A stretch of DNA of 50,968 bases. It comes from an uncultured bacterium (GTDB lineage Bacteria > Lernaellota > Lernaellaia > Lernaellales > Lernaellaceae). Below are positions 35,434 to 43,634 of this stretch, piece by piece. The stretch spans positions 1-50,968 of the forward strand of contig CAZHPN010000018.1 in the NCBI GenBank assembly GCA_964534375.1. Direction: 5' to 3'. Each line of letters starts with the position of its first letter. Position 1 is the stretch's first letter. The position numbers were made by a program, and so were the translations under genes. The notes under the pieces are model-generated. The model was not told the DNA's origin. It did not search any database and saw only the letters and a list, made by a program, of their open reading frames with translations.

Positions 35434-36789
35434 GTGAAGGTGCTCCTGGTCGCCGCCAATCAATACGCCGTTCCCTACCCGGTTTATCCGCTTGGCTTGG
35501 ACTACGTGCGCCAAGCGTTGGAGCCCAGGCACGACGTGCGGATTCTCGATCTCTGCGCGGCCGGCGACGAGGCCAGCGAGCGGCTTGCCGACGCGCTCGA
35601 CCAATTTCGACCGCACGTCGTCGGTTTGGCCCTGCGCAACGTCGACAACATCGACGCGGCAGCGCCGGTGGACTTCATCGACCGCTATCGGCGAATCGCG
35701 GCGGAAGTTCGCGCCCGCTCGCCGGCGCTGCTAGTCCTGGGCGGCAGCGCATTCAACATCTTTCCGACGGAGATGATGGACGCGACCGGCGCCGACTATG
35801 GCATTCTCGGCGAGGGCGAACGGCTGGCGCTGCTGCTGCACGCCTTGGAAAACAAGACCGATCCGCGCCGCGCCGCCGGCGTCGTCACGCTCGGCCGGCC
35901 GCCCGTTTTTCCGGAACCTTACGAGGGCCGGATCGTCGCAACCTTCGATCCGCACGACGCGCGCGTCGCCTATTATTTGAATCACGGCGGCATGTTGAAT
36001 CTTCAAACAAAGCGCGGCTGCCCCTTTGGCTGCGTCTATTGCACCTATCCGGTCATTGAAGGTCGCCGGATGCGGCTCTTCGCGCCGGACGACGTCGGGG
36101 CGCAGGCGAAGGCGCTGCAAGGCGCCGGGGCCAAATATCTCTTTATCACCGATTCCTCGTACAATGCCGCCGCCGGACACAGCTTGGCGGTGGCCGAAGC
36201 TTTCCAGAAGAATCGCATCGTCATTCCCTGGGGAGCGTATTTCACTCCTGTGCCGATGCCGCCCGATTACTACCGGCGGCTGCGGGATAGCGGTTTGACA
36301 CACGTCGAATTCGGCGTGGATTCCCTGGCCGCGACGTCGCTGCGGCAATATCAAAAGCCTTTTTCGGTCGCCGACGTAGTTGCCGCTCACCGTGCCGCCA
36401 TCGACGCCGAGCTGCACGTGGCGCACTATTTTGTTCTCGGCGGGCCCGGCGAGAATCGCGAGACGTTGGCGGAAAGCCTCGACAACGCCGAACGGCTTGA
36501 GAAGGGCGTTTTGTTTTTCTTCTGCGGCATGCGCATCTATCCCAATACACCGTTGCATACGTTGGCCGTACAAGAAGGGCAAATCGCCGCGGCCGACAAT
36601 TGCCTTCGGTCGACCTTTTATCGGCCCAAAGAAATTGATCTCGACGCGATTCGCGACCTTGTCGCCGAGCGCACGCAACGGCGCCCCTATTGGGTCATCG
36701 GCGCCGGCGACGAGAAAATGAACCGCACTGTCGCGCGGTTGCACGCGCACGGCCATGCCGGCCCGCTTTGGGAAAAACTGCTCTGGTGA
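35434..36789 (+). CDS. B12-binding radical SAM protein, lipid-biosynthesis type (TIGR04072-like)
   Basis: PYPVYPLGLDY and LRNVDN N-terminal motifs; QTKRGCPFGCVYC; GMRIYPNT. Confidence 0.85.
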   Translation: MKVLLVAANQYAVPYPVYPLGLDYVRQALEPRHDVRILDLCAAGDEASERLADALDQFRPHVVGLALRNVDNIDAAAPVDFIDRYRRIAAEVRARSPALLVLGGSAFNIFPTEMMDATGADYGILGEGERLALLLHALENKTDPRRAAGVVTLGRPPVFPEPYEGRIVATFDPHDARVAYYLNHGGMLNLQTKRGCPFGCVYCTYPVIEGRRMRLFAPDDVGAQAKALQGAGAKYLFITDSSYNAAAGHSLAVAEAFQKNRIVIPWGAYFTPVPMPPDYYRRLRDSGLTHVEFGVDSLAATSLRQYQKPFSVADVVAAHRAAIDAELHVAHYFVLGGPGENRETLAESLDNAERLEKGVLFFFCGMRIYPNTPLHTLAVQEGQIAAADNCLRSTFYRPKEIDLDAIRDLVAERTQRRPYWVIGAGDEKMNRTVARLHAHGHAGPLWEKLLW

Positions 36790-36794
36790 GCGTC

Positions 36795-37679
36795 TCAACG
36801 AAGCGGCGAACCCAAGAACGGCTCGAAGTGATACCAGTTTGTCGGATATCTTCGCGCCGTCGCGGCCAGCAGGTTCGCGTAGTTCTGCGCCGTCTGCCGC
36901 AGCGCCTGATCCCGCTCGGCGCGGGATGCGGTCGCGATCGGCTCCAGCCGCGAAAACGAGAGAACGTAGCGGCCTTTCCCGTCCAACGTCATAAAAAATG
37001 TGAAGATCGGCGAGCGGCACAGCGTCGCCAGCACAAACGGCGCCGCCGGAATCCGCACCTGGCAGCCGAGAAATGCGACATCCGTCAACTGCTGTTGGGG
37101 CGACCAAATGCGGTCGCCGGCGATCGAGACGAAACCGCCGCCGCGAATGAAACTCACGGCGTCCAGCAGATCGAAGGGCGTGGCCGATTCCGCGGCCACG
37201 GAAACGATTGTGATCCCCTCGTTCACCAGGTCGGTCTTGTGCCGGCGCTCCAGCCGTTTTCTTTCTTCATCGCCCAGGTAGAGCAGCAACCGGGGTTTGT
37301 ATTTCTTCATCATCAAAATGGCCGCGAGCTCCCAATTGCCCAAATGGGACGACACGATGACGCCGCCCGTGTTGCTCGCCACTGCGTCGCGCAGCAACTC
37401 GCCGCCTTCCTCGCGAAAATCGAACGGCACGCCGTTGATCGCCTTGAGGCGGTCGACGTAAACCGACGTGAATTGGTGAAACTGGCGCCAGGCGAGCCGC
37501 CGGCAATTCCGCTCGCTCCGGTCGGGGAACAGCGCCTGATAGAAACGGGCGCTATTGCGAACGCGATCGGGGAAAAGCAGGAAATACGCCGTCGACACGC
37601 ACCAAGCGAACGCGCGGATCGGCCAGTAGCCGACCAGGCGCGAGAGCCGAATCGTCAGCCCGTATAGGAAAGCGCCCAT
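36795..37679 (-). CDS. LpxL/HtrB-family acyltransferase
   Basis: SSHLGNWE, IAGDR, FLG, YPTNWYHF. Confidence 0.85.
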   Translation of the reverse strand: MGAFLYGLTIRLSRLVGYWPIRAFAWCVSTAYFLLFPDRVRNSARFYQALFPDRSERNCRRLAWRQFHQFTSVYVDRLKAINGVPFDFREEGGELLRDAVASNTGGVIVSSHLGNWELAAILMMKKYKPRLLLYLGDEERKRLERRHKTDLVNEGITIVSVAAESATPFDLLDAVSFIRGGGFVSIAGDRIWSPQQQLTDVAFLGCQVRIPAAPFVLATLCRSPIFTFFMTLDGKGRYVLSFSRLEPIATASRAERDQALRQTAQNYANLLAATARRYPTNWYHFEPFLGSPLR

Positions 37680-37701
37680 GCCATTCCACCAAACGGTTTC
37701 G

Positions 37702-38943
37702 CTACGGACACCTGCCGAATATCAGCGAGGTATTGACGCCGCCGAAGGCGAAATTGTTGTTCATTCCCACCCCGAAGCGCTGTTCGCGCGCCCCGCCGAT
37801 CACGTGGCGCAACGGCGCCAGCTTCGGGTCCGGGTTTTCAAGATTGCGCGTGGGGGCGATGAAGCCTTCGTTCATCATGAGAATCGTCGCGATGGATTCG
37901 ATCGCGCCGCAGGCGCCCAGGGTGTGGCCCGTGTAACCTTTCAAGCCGCTGATCGGCGTCTGGTCGCCGAAGACACGGTTGACCGCCGTCGACTCGGCAA
38001 TGTCGCCGGCCGGCGTGGCCGTCGCGTGCGCGTTGATATAGCCGATCTGCGCGGACGAAACGCGGGCGTCGGCGAGCGCCGCGTGCATCACGGCCGCCGT
38101 GCCCTCGGCGCTCGGGCTGGTCAGGTGCGAGCCGTCGCAGTTCGTGGCGTAGCCGAGAACCTCCGCGTGAATGTGGGCGCCGCGCTTCTTGGCGTGCTCG
38201 TATTCCTCGAGCAGCAGCGTGCCGGCGCCTTCGCCGACGACGAGGCCGTCGCGGTCGCGGTCGAACGGCCGCGGCGTCGCTTCCGGCCGGTCGTTGAAGT
38301 TCTTCGAGGTGGCGAACATGATGTCGAAGACGACCGCGTTGATCAGGTGATTCTCTTCGGCGCCGCCGGTCAGCATCGCGGTCGCCCGGCCCTCGCGAAT
38401 CGCCTCGAAGCCGAAGCCGACGCCCTGCGAACCCGAGGTGCAGGCCGTGCACGACGCGATCAACGGCCCTTTGCATTGAAAGAGAATGCCCAAATTGGCG
38501 GCGCACGTATGGCTCATGAATTTGAGATATGACGACGACGCCAGCCCGGCCGTATTGCGCGTCTGGAAAAATTTCGTCAGGAAGAGTTCCATTTCCGTGG
38601 AACTGCCCGCGGTCGAACCGTAGGAGATGCCGCACGCGGCGGAACGGATGAAGTCGTCCGCCAGGCCGGCGTCGGCGATCGCATCCTGCGTGGCCAGCGC
38701 GGCGAGAATGGCGATCCGGCCCATGCTGCGGCGAAACTCGCGGCCAATGCGCGAGGCGTCGACGGTGTTTTCGGGGCACACGCCCGCCACGCGGCAACGC
38801 ATGTTCTCGACGGCGTCCCATTGCGGCATTTTGACGACGCCGGTTCGGTTGTTTTGCAGGGCGTCGACTAATTCCCGGGGCGTTGCGCCGATCGGCGAAC
38901 GCAAACCGATGCCGGTGACGACCACGCGATTTCGCTGGCTCAT
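37702..38943 (-). CDS. Beta-ketoacyl-ACP synthase (ApeR/FabB-like)
   Basis: RRSMGR, MSHTCAAN, TACTSG, HATAT, GHTLG, NNFAFGG. Confidence 0.92.
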   Translation of the reverse strand: MSQRNRVVVTGIGLRSPIGATPRELVDALQNNRTGVVKMPQWDAVENMRCRVAGVCPENTVDASRIGREFRRSMGRIAILAALATQDAIADAGLADDFIRSAACGISYGSTAGSSTEMELFLTKFFQTRNTAGLASSSYLKFMSHTCAANLGILFQCKGPLIASCTACTSGSQGVGFGFEAIREGRATAMLTGGAEENHLINAVVFDIMFATSKNFNDRPEATPRPFDRDRDGLVVGEGAGTLLLEEYEHAKKRGAHIHAEVLGYATNCDGSHLTSPSAEGTAAVMHAALADARVSSAQIGYINAHATATPAGDIAESTAVNRVFGDQTPISGLKGYTGHTLGACGAIESIATILMMNEGFIAPTRNLENPDPKLAPLRHVIGGAREQRFGVGMNNNFAFGGVNTSLIFGRCP

Positions 38944-38962
38944 GTTCTGGCTCCGGCCGTCA

Positions 38963-39745
38963 TTATGGCGATTCCCCCGCCGCTGTTGCCAGCCCCAATG
39001 CCGCTCGATATCGAGCTTCCAGTTCCTGGGCGAGCGCCAACTCTTCGCCGATGGCCGGCGGCGGAATCGGCTCCCAATATTCCAGTTCGATCGTCGACCG
39101 CTCGTACGGCGGATAAAACCACGGCGCCTTTTTCGGCAGAAATGGCGGCTGATTGCGAATCAGCACCGGCTGAATGTCCACCTGCGCAATTCGCGCCAAC
39201 AGAAAAGGCCCTTTCGCGAACGGCCGCAACCCACCCACCGGCGAACGGGTGCCCTCCGGGAAAATGAAAAACTTGTAGCCGTCGCGAATCATTTTCACGG
39301 AGGCGTATAGCGACGAGAGCGGCGAATTCTGCTCGTTGTCGGGCGACAAAACGTAGCCGGACCATTTCACAATGCCGCCGAGCGGCCGCACCCTGGTCAA
39401 CGAATTCTTCACCATCACTGCCAGGCGCGGGACGTCGCAGATGAGCAGGAGAATGTCGAACAACCCCGGATGGTTCGCCACGAGAACGCACGGCCGCTCG
39501 ACCGGTCGACCCTTCGGCGGCAGCGCTTTCAGCAGGCCGAAAAAGTTCAGCAGCCACAGCAACGCTGCGAACAGCCGGCGGTTGACGTTCTGAAGCCGTT
39601 CCGGCCGGCGGCCCCGATATGTTTCGGCGAGAAACAGCGCGGGAAAAAAGAAAACCAAGAGGACGACCATGCCCAAATAAAAGAGGGCGAACAGCAAGGT
39701 CATCGCCAATCCTTTGAGGACCCGGATCGGCGCCTGCCAAATCAC
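38963..39745 (-). CDS. PlsC-like lysophospholipid acyltransferase (ApeD-like)
   Basis: C-terminal part of track ORF 38963-40339; GTG 39745 overlaps the upstream stop; ANHPGLFD (HX4D), FPEGTRS. Confidence 0.88.
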   Translation of the reverse strand: MIWQAPIRVLKGLAMTLLFALFYLGMVVLLVFFFPALFLAETYRGRRPERLQNVNRRLFAALLWLLNFFGLLKALPPKGRPVERPCVLVANHPGLFDILLLICDVPRLAVMVKNSLTRVRPLGGIVKWSGYVLSPDNEQNSPLSSLYASVKMIRDGYKFFIFPEGTRSPVGGLRPFAKGPFLLARIAQVDIQPVLIRNQPPFLPKKAPWFYPPYERSTIELEYWEPIPPPAIGEELALAQELEARYRAALGLATAAGESP

Positions 39746-41454
39746 AATATCCCAGGCAAAAAGGCGACGCCCCACGTTTGCGGACCGACGTGCGCGCCGG
39801 TAGTGAGCGAAAACGGCTGCAGGATGATTTCGGCGCCAGGGAAACGCGCCGCGACCGCCGGGCGCAGCGTCGCGGCCGCCCAATCCCGGTTGTCCGTGTA
39901 TTCGAGCATGATCGTCACGCCGGATCTGCCGGCGCAGGCGCGTTCCAGCCGCTCGAATGCGAACGCGAGCTGCGCGTCGCGATTCTTGACCCAACCGACG
40001 GGCTTGGCCCCCGCCGCAAGCGGACTGATAACCGGTTTGAAGCTCAGCTTGTCGCCGACAAACGACGCCGCTTTCGGCATTCGGCCGCCGGCGGCGAGGT
40101 ATTTCAGTTGGTCGACAAAGATGTACTCCTCGCAGCGTTCCACCGCGCGCGCCGCGAAGTCCCGCACATCCTGCGCCGTGGCGGCGGTGAGCGAGAAACG
40201 CGCGGCGGCCAGGGCCATCATGCCAAGCCGGCCGGACGCGGCGGCCGTGTCCAGCACGACGAATCGGTTCTCCGGATCGTGCTGCCGTTTCCATTGCATC
40301 GCCGCCGCGAAATTTCCCGTAAAGACCGAGCCGACGCAAAGATACAGCGCCTGCTCGTGCACGCTCAGCACCTTGCGGAAATACTGATCGCGCTCGTAGG
40401 TCGACGCTTGCGAGGTGCCGACTTTGATGCCGTCGCGCATCGCCCGATACAGAATTTCCGGATCGAGATACGTCTCCGGTACGCTCTTGTCGCCGATCTG
40501 GATGTAGCTGTCGGCCAGCGTGAAGCCGTAACGCTCGGCGTCCGCGCGCGTCACCGACCCCGCCGCGTCGGTCATGATCTGCAGCGCCGGCTGTTGCCGC
40601 GTCGCCGAAAAGCGGATCGTCTGTTCGCGCAAGTCGTCCGCCGAGAACTGGACGATCGCGCCGATTTGCGCGAGGCGAGCCTTCGCCGCCTCGGCGTCGT
40701 CGGTGTGAAAATGTATTTTCAGAAAGCCGTCCTGCCGCACGGCCACGACGGAATCGCCCAAGTCGGTCAGTTGCCTGGCGTCTTCCGGCAGGCGGTTTGC
40801 CTGCAGCGCCACATCGATGCAGTAGCCGTTCGCGACCGGCCCATTTTTCGGCCGCTGGCCTGAAAGCACCTGTTGAAAGCGCGACTTGGCGGCGCCCGCG
40901 CTGGGTTGGCCCGCCAGCGCGCGGAAGAAGCCTTCGAAAAAGAAAAACATCCCCAACGCGCCGGCGTCGACAACGCCCGCCGCGTTCAGCTTGGGCAATT
41001 GCGCGGTGGTTTCGCGCACCGTCTTTTCGAGTTCGTCGAACAGCAGGTCCAGATTTTCGGTCAGGGCGCCACTGGTTCGCACGGCGAGTTGCGCCGCGAG
41101 CGACGCGAAAAACGAGAGAATCGTGCCGTCTTTCGGGTCCGGGATCGATTGGCGCGCGAGGGCGCTGCCGCGCGCCGTGGCCGCCGGCAGTTTTTCCCAG
41201 GCGTCCGCTTCGAGCAAACCGACCAGAAACTGCGAGGCCAGATTGCCCGAGTTGCCGCGCGCCTGGATCAGCAAATCGCGAATCAGTGCGTCGCGTTTCT
41301 TGGAAACGTTGCGCAACGGCGTCAGGCTCAACACGAGGTTGCGGCCGGTGTCGCCGTCGGCGACGGGAAAGACGTTGATCTCGTCGAGGTAATCCGCCCA
41401 GACGGTGACGAATTCGGCGCCGGCTTTCAAGGCTTCGCGGAAGGGGAAAGTCAT
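39742..41454 (-). CDS. DAK2-DegV fusion (fatty acid kinase FakA-FakB-like)
   Basis: INVFPVADGDTG, ARGNSG, VDAGA, KIHFHT; then IMTDAAG, TSQAS, LKYLAAGGR, AHVGP. Confidence 0.88.
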   Translation of the reverse strand: MTFPFREALKAGAEFVTVWADYLDEINVFPVADGDTGRNLVLSLTPLRNVSKKRDALIRDLLIQARGNSGNLASQFLVGLLEADAWEKLPAATARGSALARQSIPDPKDGTILSFFASLAAQLAVRTSGALTENLDLLFDELEKTVRETTAQLPKLNAAGVVDAGALGMFFFFEGFFRALAGQPSAGAAKSRFQQVLSGQRPKNGPVANGYCIDVALQANRLPEDARQLTDLGDSVVAVRQDGFLKIHFHTDDAEAAKARLAQIGAIVQFSADDLREQTIRFSATRQQPALQIMTDAAGSVTRADAERYGFTLADSYIQIGDKSVPETYLDPEILYRAMRDGIKVGTSQASTYERDQYFRKVLSVHEQALYLCVGSVFTGNFAAAMQWKRQHDPENRFVVLDTAAASGRLGMMALAAARFSLTAATAQDVRDFAARAVERCEEYIFVDQLKYLAAGGRMPKAASFVGDKLSFKPVISPLAAGAKPVGWVKNRDAQLAFAFERLERACAGRSGVTIMLEYTDNRDWAAATLRPAVAARFPGAEIILQPFSLTTGAHVGPQTWGVAFLPGIL

Positions 41455-41455
41455 T

Positions 41456-41875
41456 TCACAGCCCGAATGCGGCGCGGATTTCCGCGGGGATTTCCAGTTG
41501 CAATTCCATCGACGGATAGCGAACGCCGATCTGCACGGTTTGCCCGCGGGCGCAGAGCTTTGCGTCGGCCGCCAAGGACACCTCGAAATCGACGACGAGC
41601 TGCCGCCGCGCCTCGGTCAGCTTCGCCTGGCACACGAATTTGTCGTTGTAACGCAGCGGGAAAATGTGCTTCGCGGACATCTTGACGATGGGGAACAGGC
41701 ATTGCGTTCGTTCGAAAACTTTGATCAGGTCGATGCCGTGGTCGCGGAACAACTGGTCTCGTGCGATCTCAAAATATTTTATGTAGTGGCCGTGCCACAC
41801 GACTTGCAGCAGATCGACGTCGTGAAACGGAACCGCCAATTCCACGCGCGCGACTCTGGTTGGTTCATGATCCAT
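41456..41875 (-). CDS. Acyl thioesterase (ApeK-like, 4HBT family)
   Basis: VPFHDVDLLQVVWHGHYIKYFEIAR; start reassigned to ATG 41875. Confidence 0.88.
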   Translation of the reverse strand: MDHEPTRVARVELAVPFHDVDLLQVVWHGHYIKYFEIARDQLFRDHGIDLIKVFERTQCLFPIVKMSAKHIFPLRYNDKFVCQAKLTEARRQLVVDFEVSLAADAKLCARGQTVQIGVRYPSMELQLEIPAEIRAAFGL

Positions 41876-42117
41876 TGCCCGCCTGGTCTTGTCTCTGGCG
41901 TCGGGGCCTAAGCCGGGAAACGCTTCTTTATCTGGTTGCGGAGCATATAGAATCCGGCCGAAGACCGTCAAGCGATTCGAAAACCGCCATTTTTCCGCGA
42001 GGTTTGTTCGCGTTCTGGACAACGACCTCGATTTCAGAATAATAATGGCCCTCGCTTTCTCACGATCCGGCGGCGGGCGGCGCCTCTCGGGTCGAACTTT
42101 TCATGAGGCCACGCGCG

Positions 42118-43347
42118 ATGCGAATGCAGTTCATTTTCCCCAAGTGGCCCAAGTTGGAAAAGCAGACGCTGTTCAACCTGCCGCCGCTGGGAATGATTCA
42201 AGCGGCCGCCTGCGTCGACGAACGGTTCGCGGTCGGCGTCACCGACGAAAATGTGCAGCCGATCGATTTTGCCGCCGATGCCGAACTGGTCGGCATTTCG
42301 ATCCTGCTCTCGTGCCAGGCGCCGCGGGCCTACGAGATCGCCCGCGAATTCCGCGCCCGCGGCAAGACCGTCGTCATCGGCGGCCTGCACGCCGGCCTGC
42401 AACCCGAGGAAGCCGCGGAACACGCCGACGCCGTGGTCTGCGGCGAGGGCGAGGGGTTGATCGAGCAAATGCTGGCGGATTTCCGCGAGCGGCGCCTGCA
42501 GAAAATCTATCGCCGTCAACCCGGCGCGTTTCCGGCCATCGACAATATCCCCAATCCACGCCGCGATCTTTACGACAAGCGGCGGTTCTACTCGTACAAA
42601 GATTGGGAACTGGTCGATCTGGTGATGACCTCGCGCGGCTGCCGCTACAATTGTTATCCGTGCTGCACGCCGTATCTCGGCGGCCGGCGGCACCGCGTGC
42701 GGCCGATCGAGCACGTGCTGGCCGACATGCGCGGCTGTTCCGATCTGCTGTTCATCACGGACAATTCGCTCGAACAGAGCGTCGAATATCAAAAAACCCT
42801 GTTTCGCGCGATGGCCGAGGCGAACCTCGGCAAACACTGGGTCTCGCACCCGATCTCGCCGCTCCCGGAAGTTCTCAGCCTCGCGAAAAAAGCGGGGTGC
42901 TGGTACGTCTATCACGCGATTTACACCATTTCCGACAAGATCCGTGATCGCATCAAGATGTATCACGACCACGGCATCGGCGTGGAAGGCACCATTCTGC
43001 TCGGCATGGACGAGCACGACGAGGATTTCATCAAGCGGTTCGTCGAGTTTCTATTGACGATCGAACTCGACCTCGCCGAATTCACCATTCTGACGCCCTT
43101 CCCGCACACGGAAGTCTGGCGGCAGATGGAAGCCGGCGGCCGAATCGTCGACCGCGATTGGCGCCATTTCAACGCCGGTTCCGTGGTCTTTCGGCCGAAG
43201 CAGATGACGCCCGACAAATTGCAGGAACTGTATTTTTACGCCTGGGACGAATTCTACCGCGACGAATCGCAAAGCCTGAAAATGAGCAAACTCTTCCTTA
43301 ATTTGCTGCGAACCGCGAAACGCCCCGCCCGGGGGCCGCGCGCATGA
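42118..43347 (+). CDS. B12-binding radical SAM protein
   Basis: LPPLG, DENV, VIGGLH, GEGE, TSRGCRYNCYPC, LTPFPHT; start 42103 or 42118. Confidence 0.88.
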   Translation: MRMQFIFPKWPKLEKQTLFNLPPLGMIQAAACVDERFAVGVTDENVQPIDFAADAELVGISILLSCQAPRAYEIAREFRARGKTVVIGGLHAGLQPEEAAEHADAVVCGEGEGLIEQMLADFRERRLQKIYRRQPGAFPAIDNIPNPRRDLYDKRRFYSYKDWELVDLVMTSRGCRYNCYPCCTPYLGGRRHRVRPIEHVLADMRGCSDLLFITDNSLEQSVEYQKTLFRAMAEANLGKHWVSHPISPLPEVLSLAKKAGCWYVYHAIYTISDKIRDRIKMYHDHGIGVEGTILLGMDEHDEDFIKRFVEFLLTIELDLAEFTILTPFPHTEVWRQMEAGGRIVDRDWRHFNAGSVVFRPKQMTPDKLQELYFYAWDEFYRDESQSLKMSKLFLNLLRTAKRPARGPRA

Positions 43348-43622
43348 GCGAAACCAACGCCATGGAAAACCTGATCGAAGAATTGAAAACCAAAATCGTC
43401 AAGCTGTTGTATCTGAGCCACGTCAATCCGGCCGAAATCAAGCCCGGCACGCCGCTGTTCGGCGGCGACGGCGGCCTCGGGCTCGACTCGATCGACGCGC
43501 TGGAAATTGTGATAATGATCGAGCAGGAGTACGGCGTGAAGATCGAGAACAAGGAAGTCGGCAAAACGGCGCTGGTCAGCTTCGAGACGTTGGCCGCGCA
43601 TATTGTGCAGTCCCGGCAGTAG
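43344..43622 (+). CDS. Acyl carrier protein (ApeE-like)
   Basis: PLFGGDGGLGLDSIDALE. Confidence 0.92.
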   Translation: MSETNAMENLIEELKTKIVKLLYLSHVNPAEIKPGTPLFGGDGGLGLDSIDALEIVIMIEQEYGVKIENKEVGKTALVSFETLAAHIVQSRQ

Positions 43623-43634
43623 GCGGCGAGCCGG

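Noticed and set aside
38940..39740. 266-aa track ORF as the gene between the KS and DAK2-DegV
   Set aside because: Wrong frame; the acyltransferase motifs are in the frame ending at 38963.
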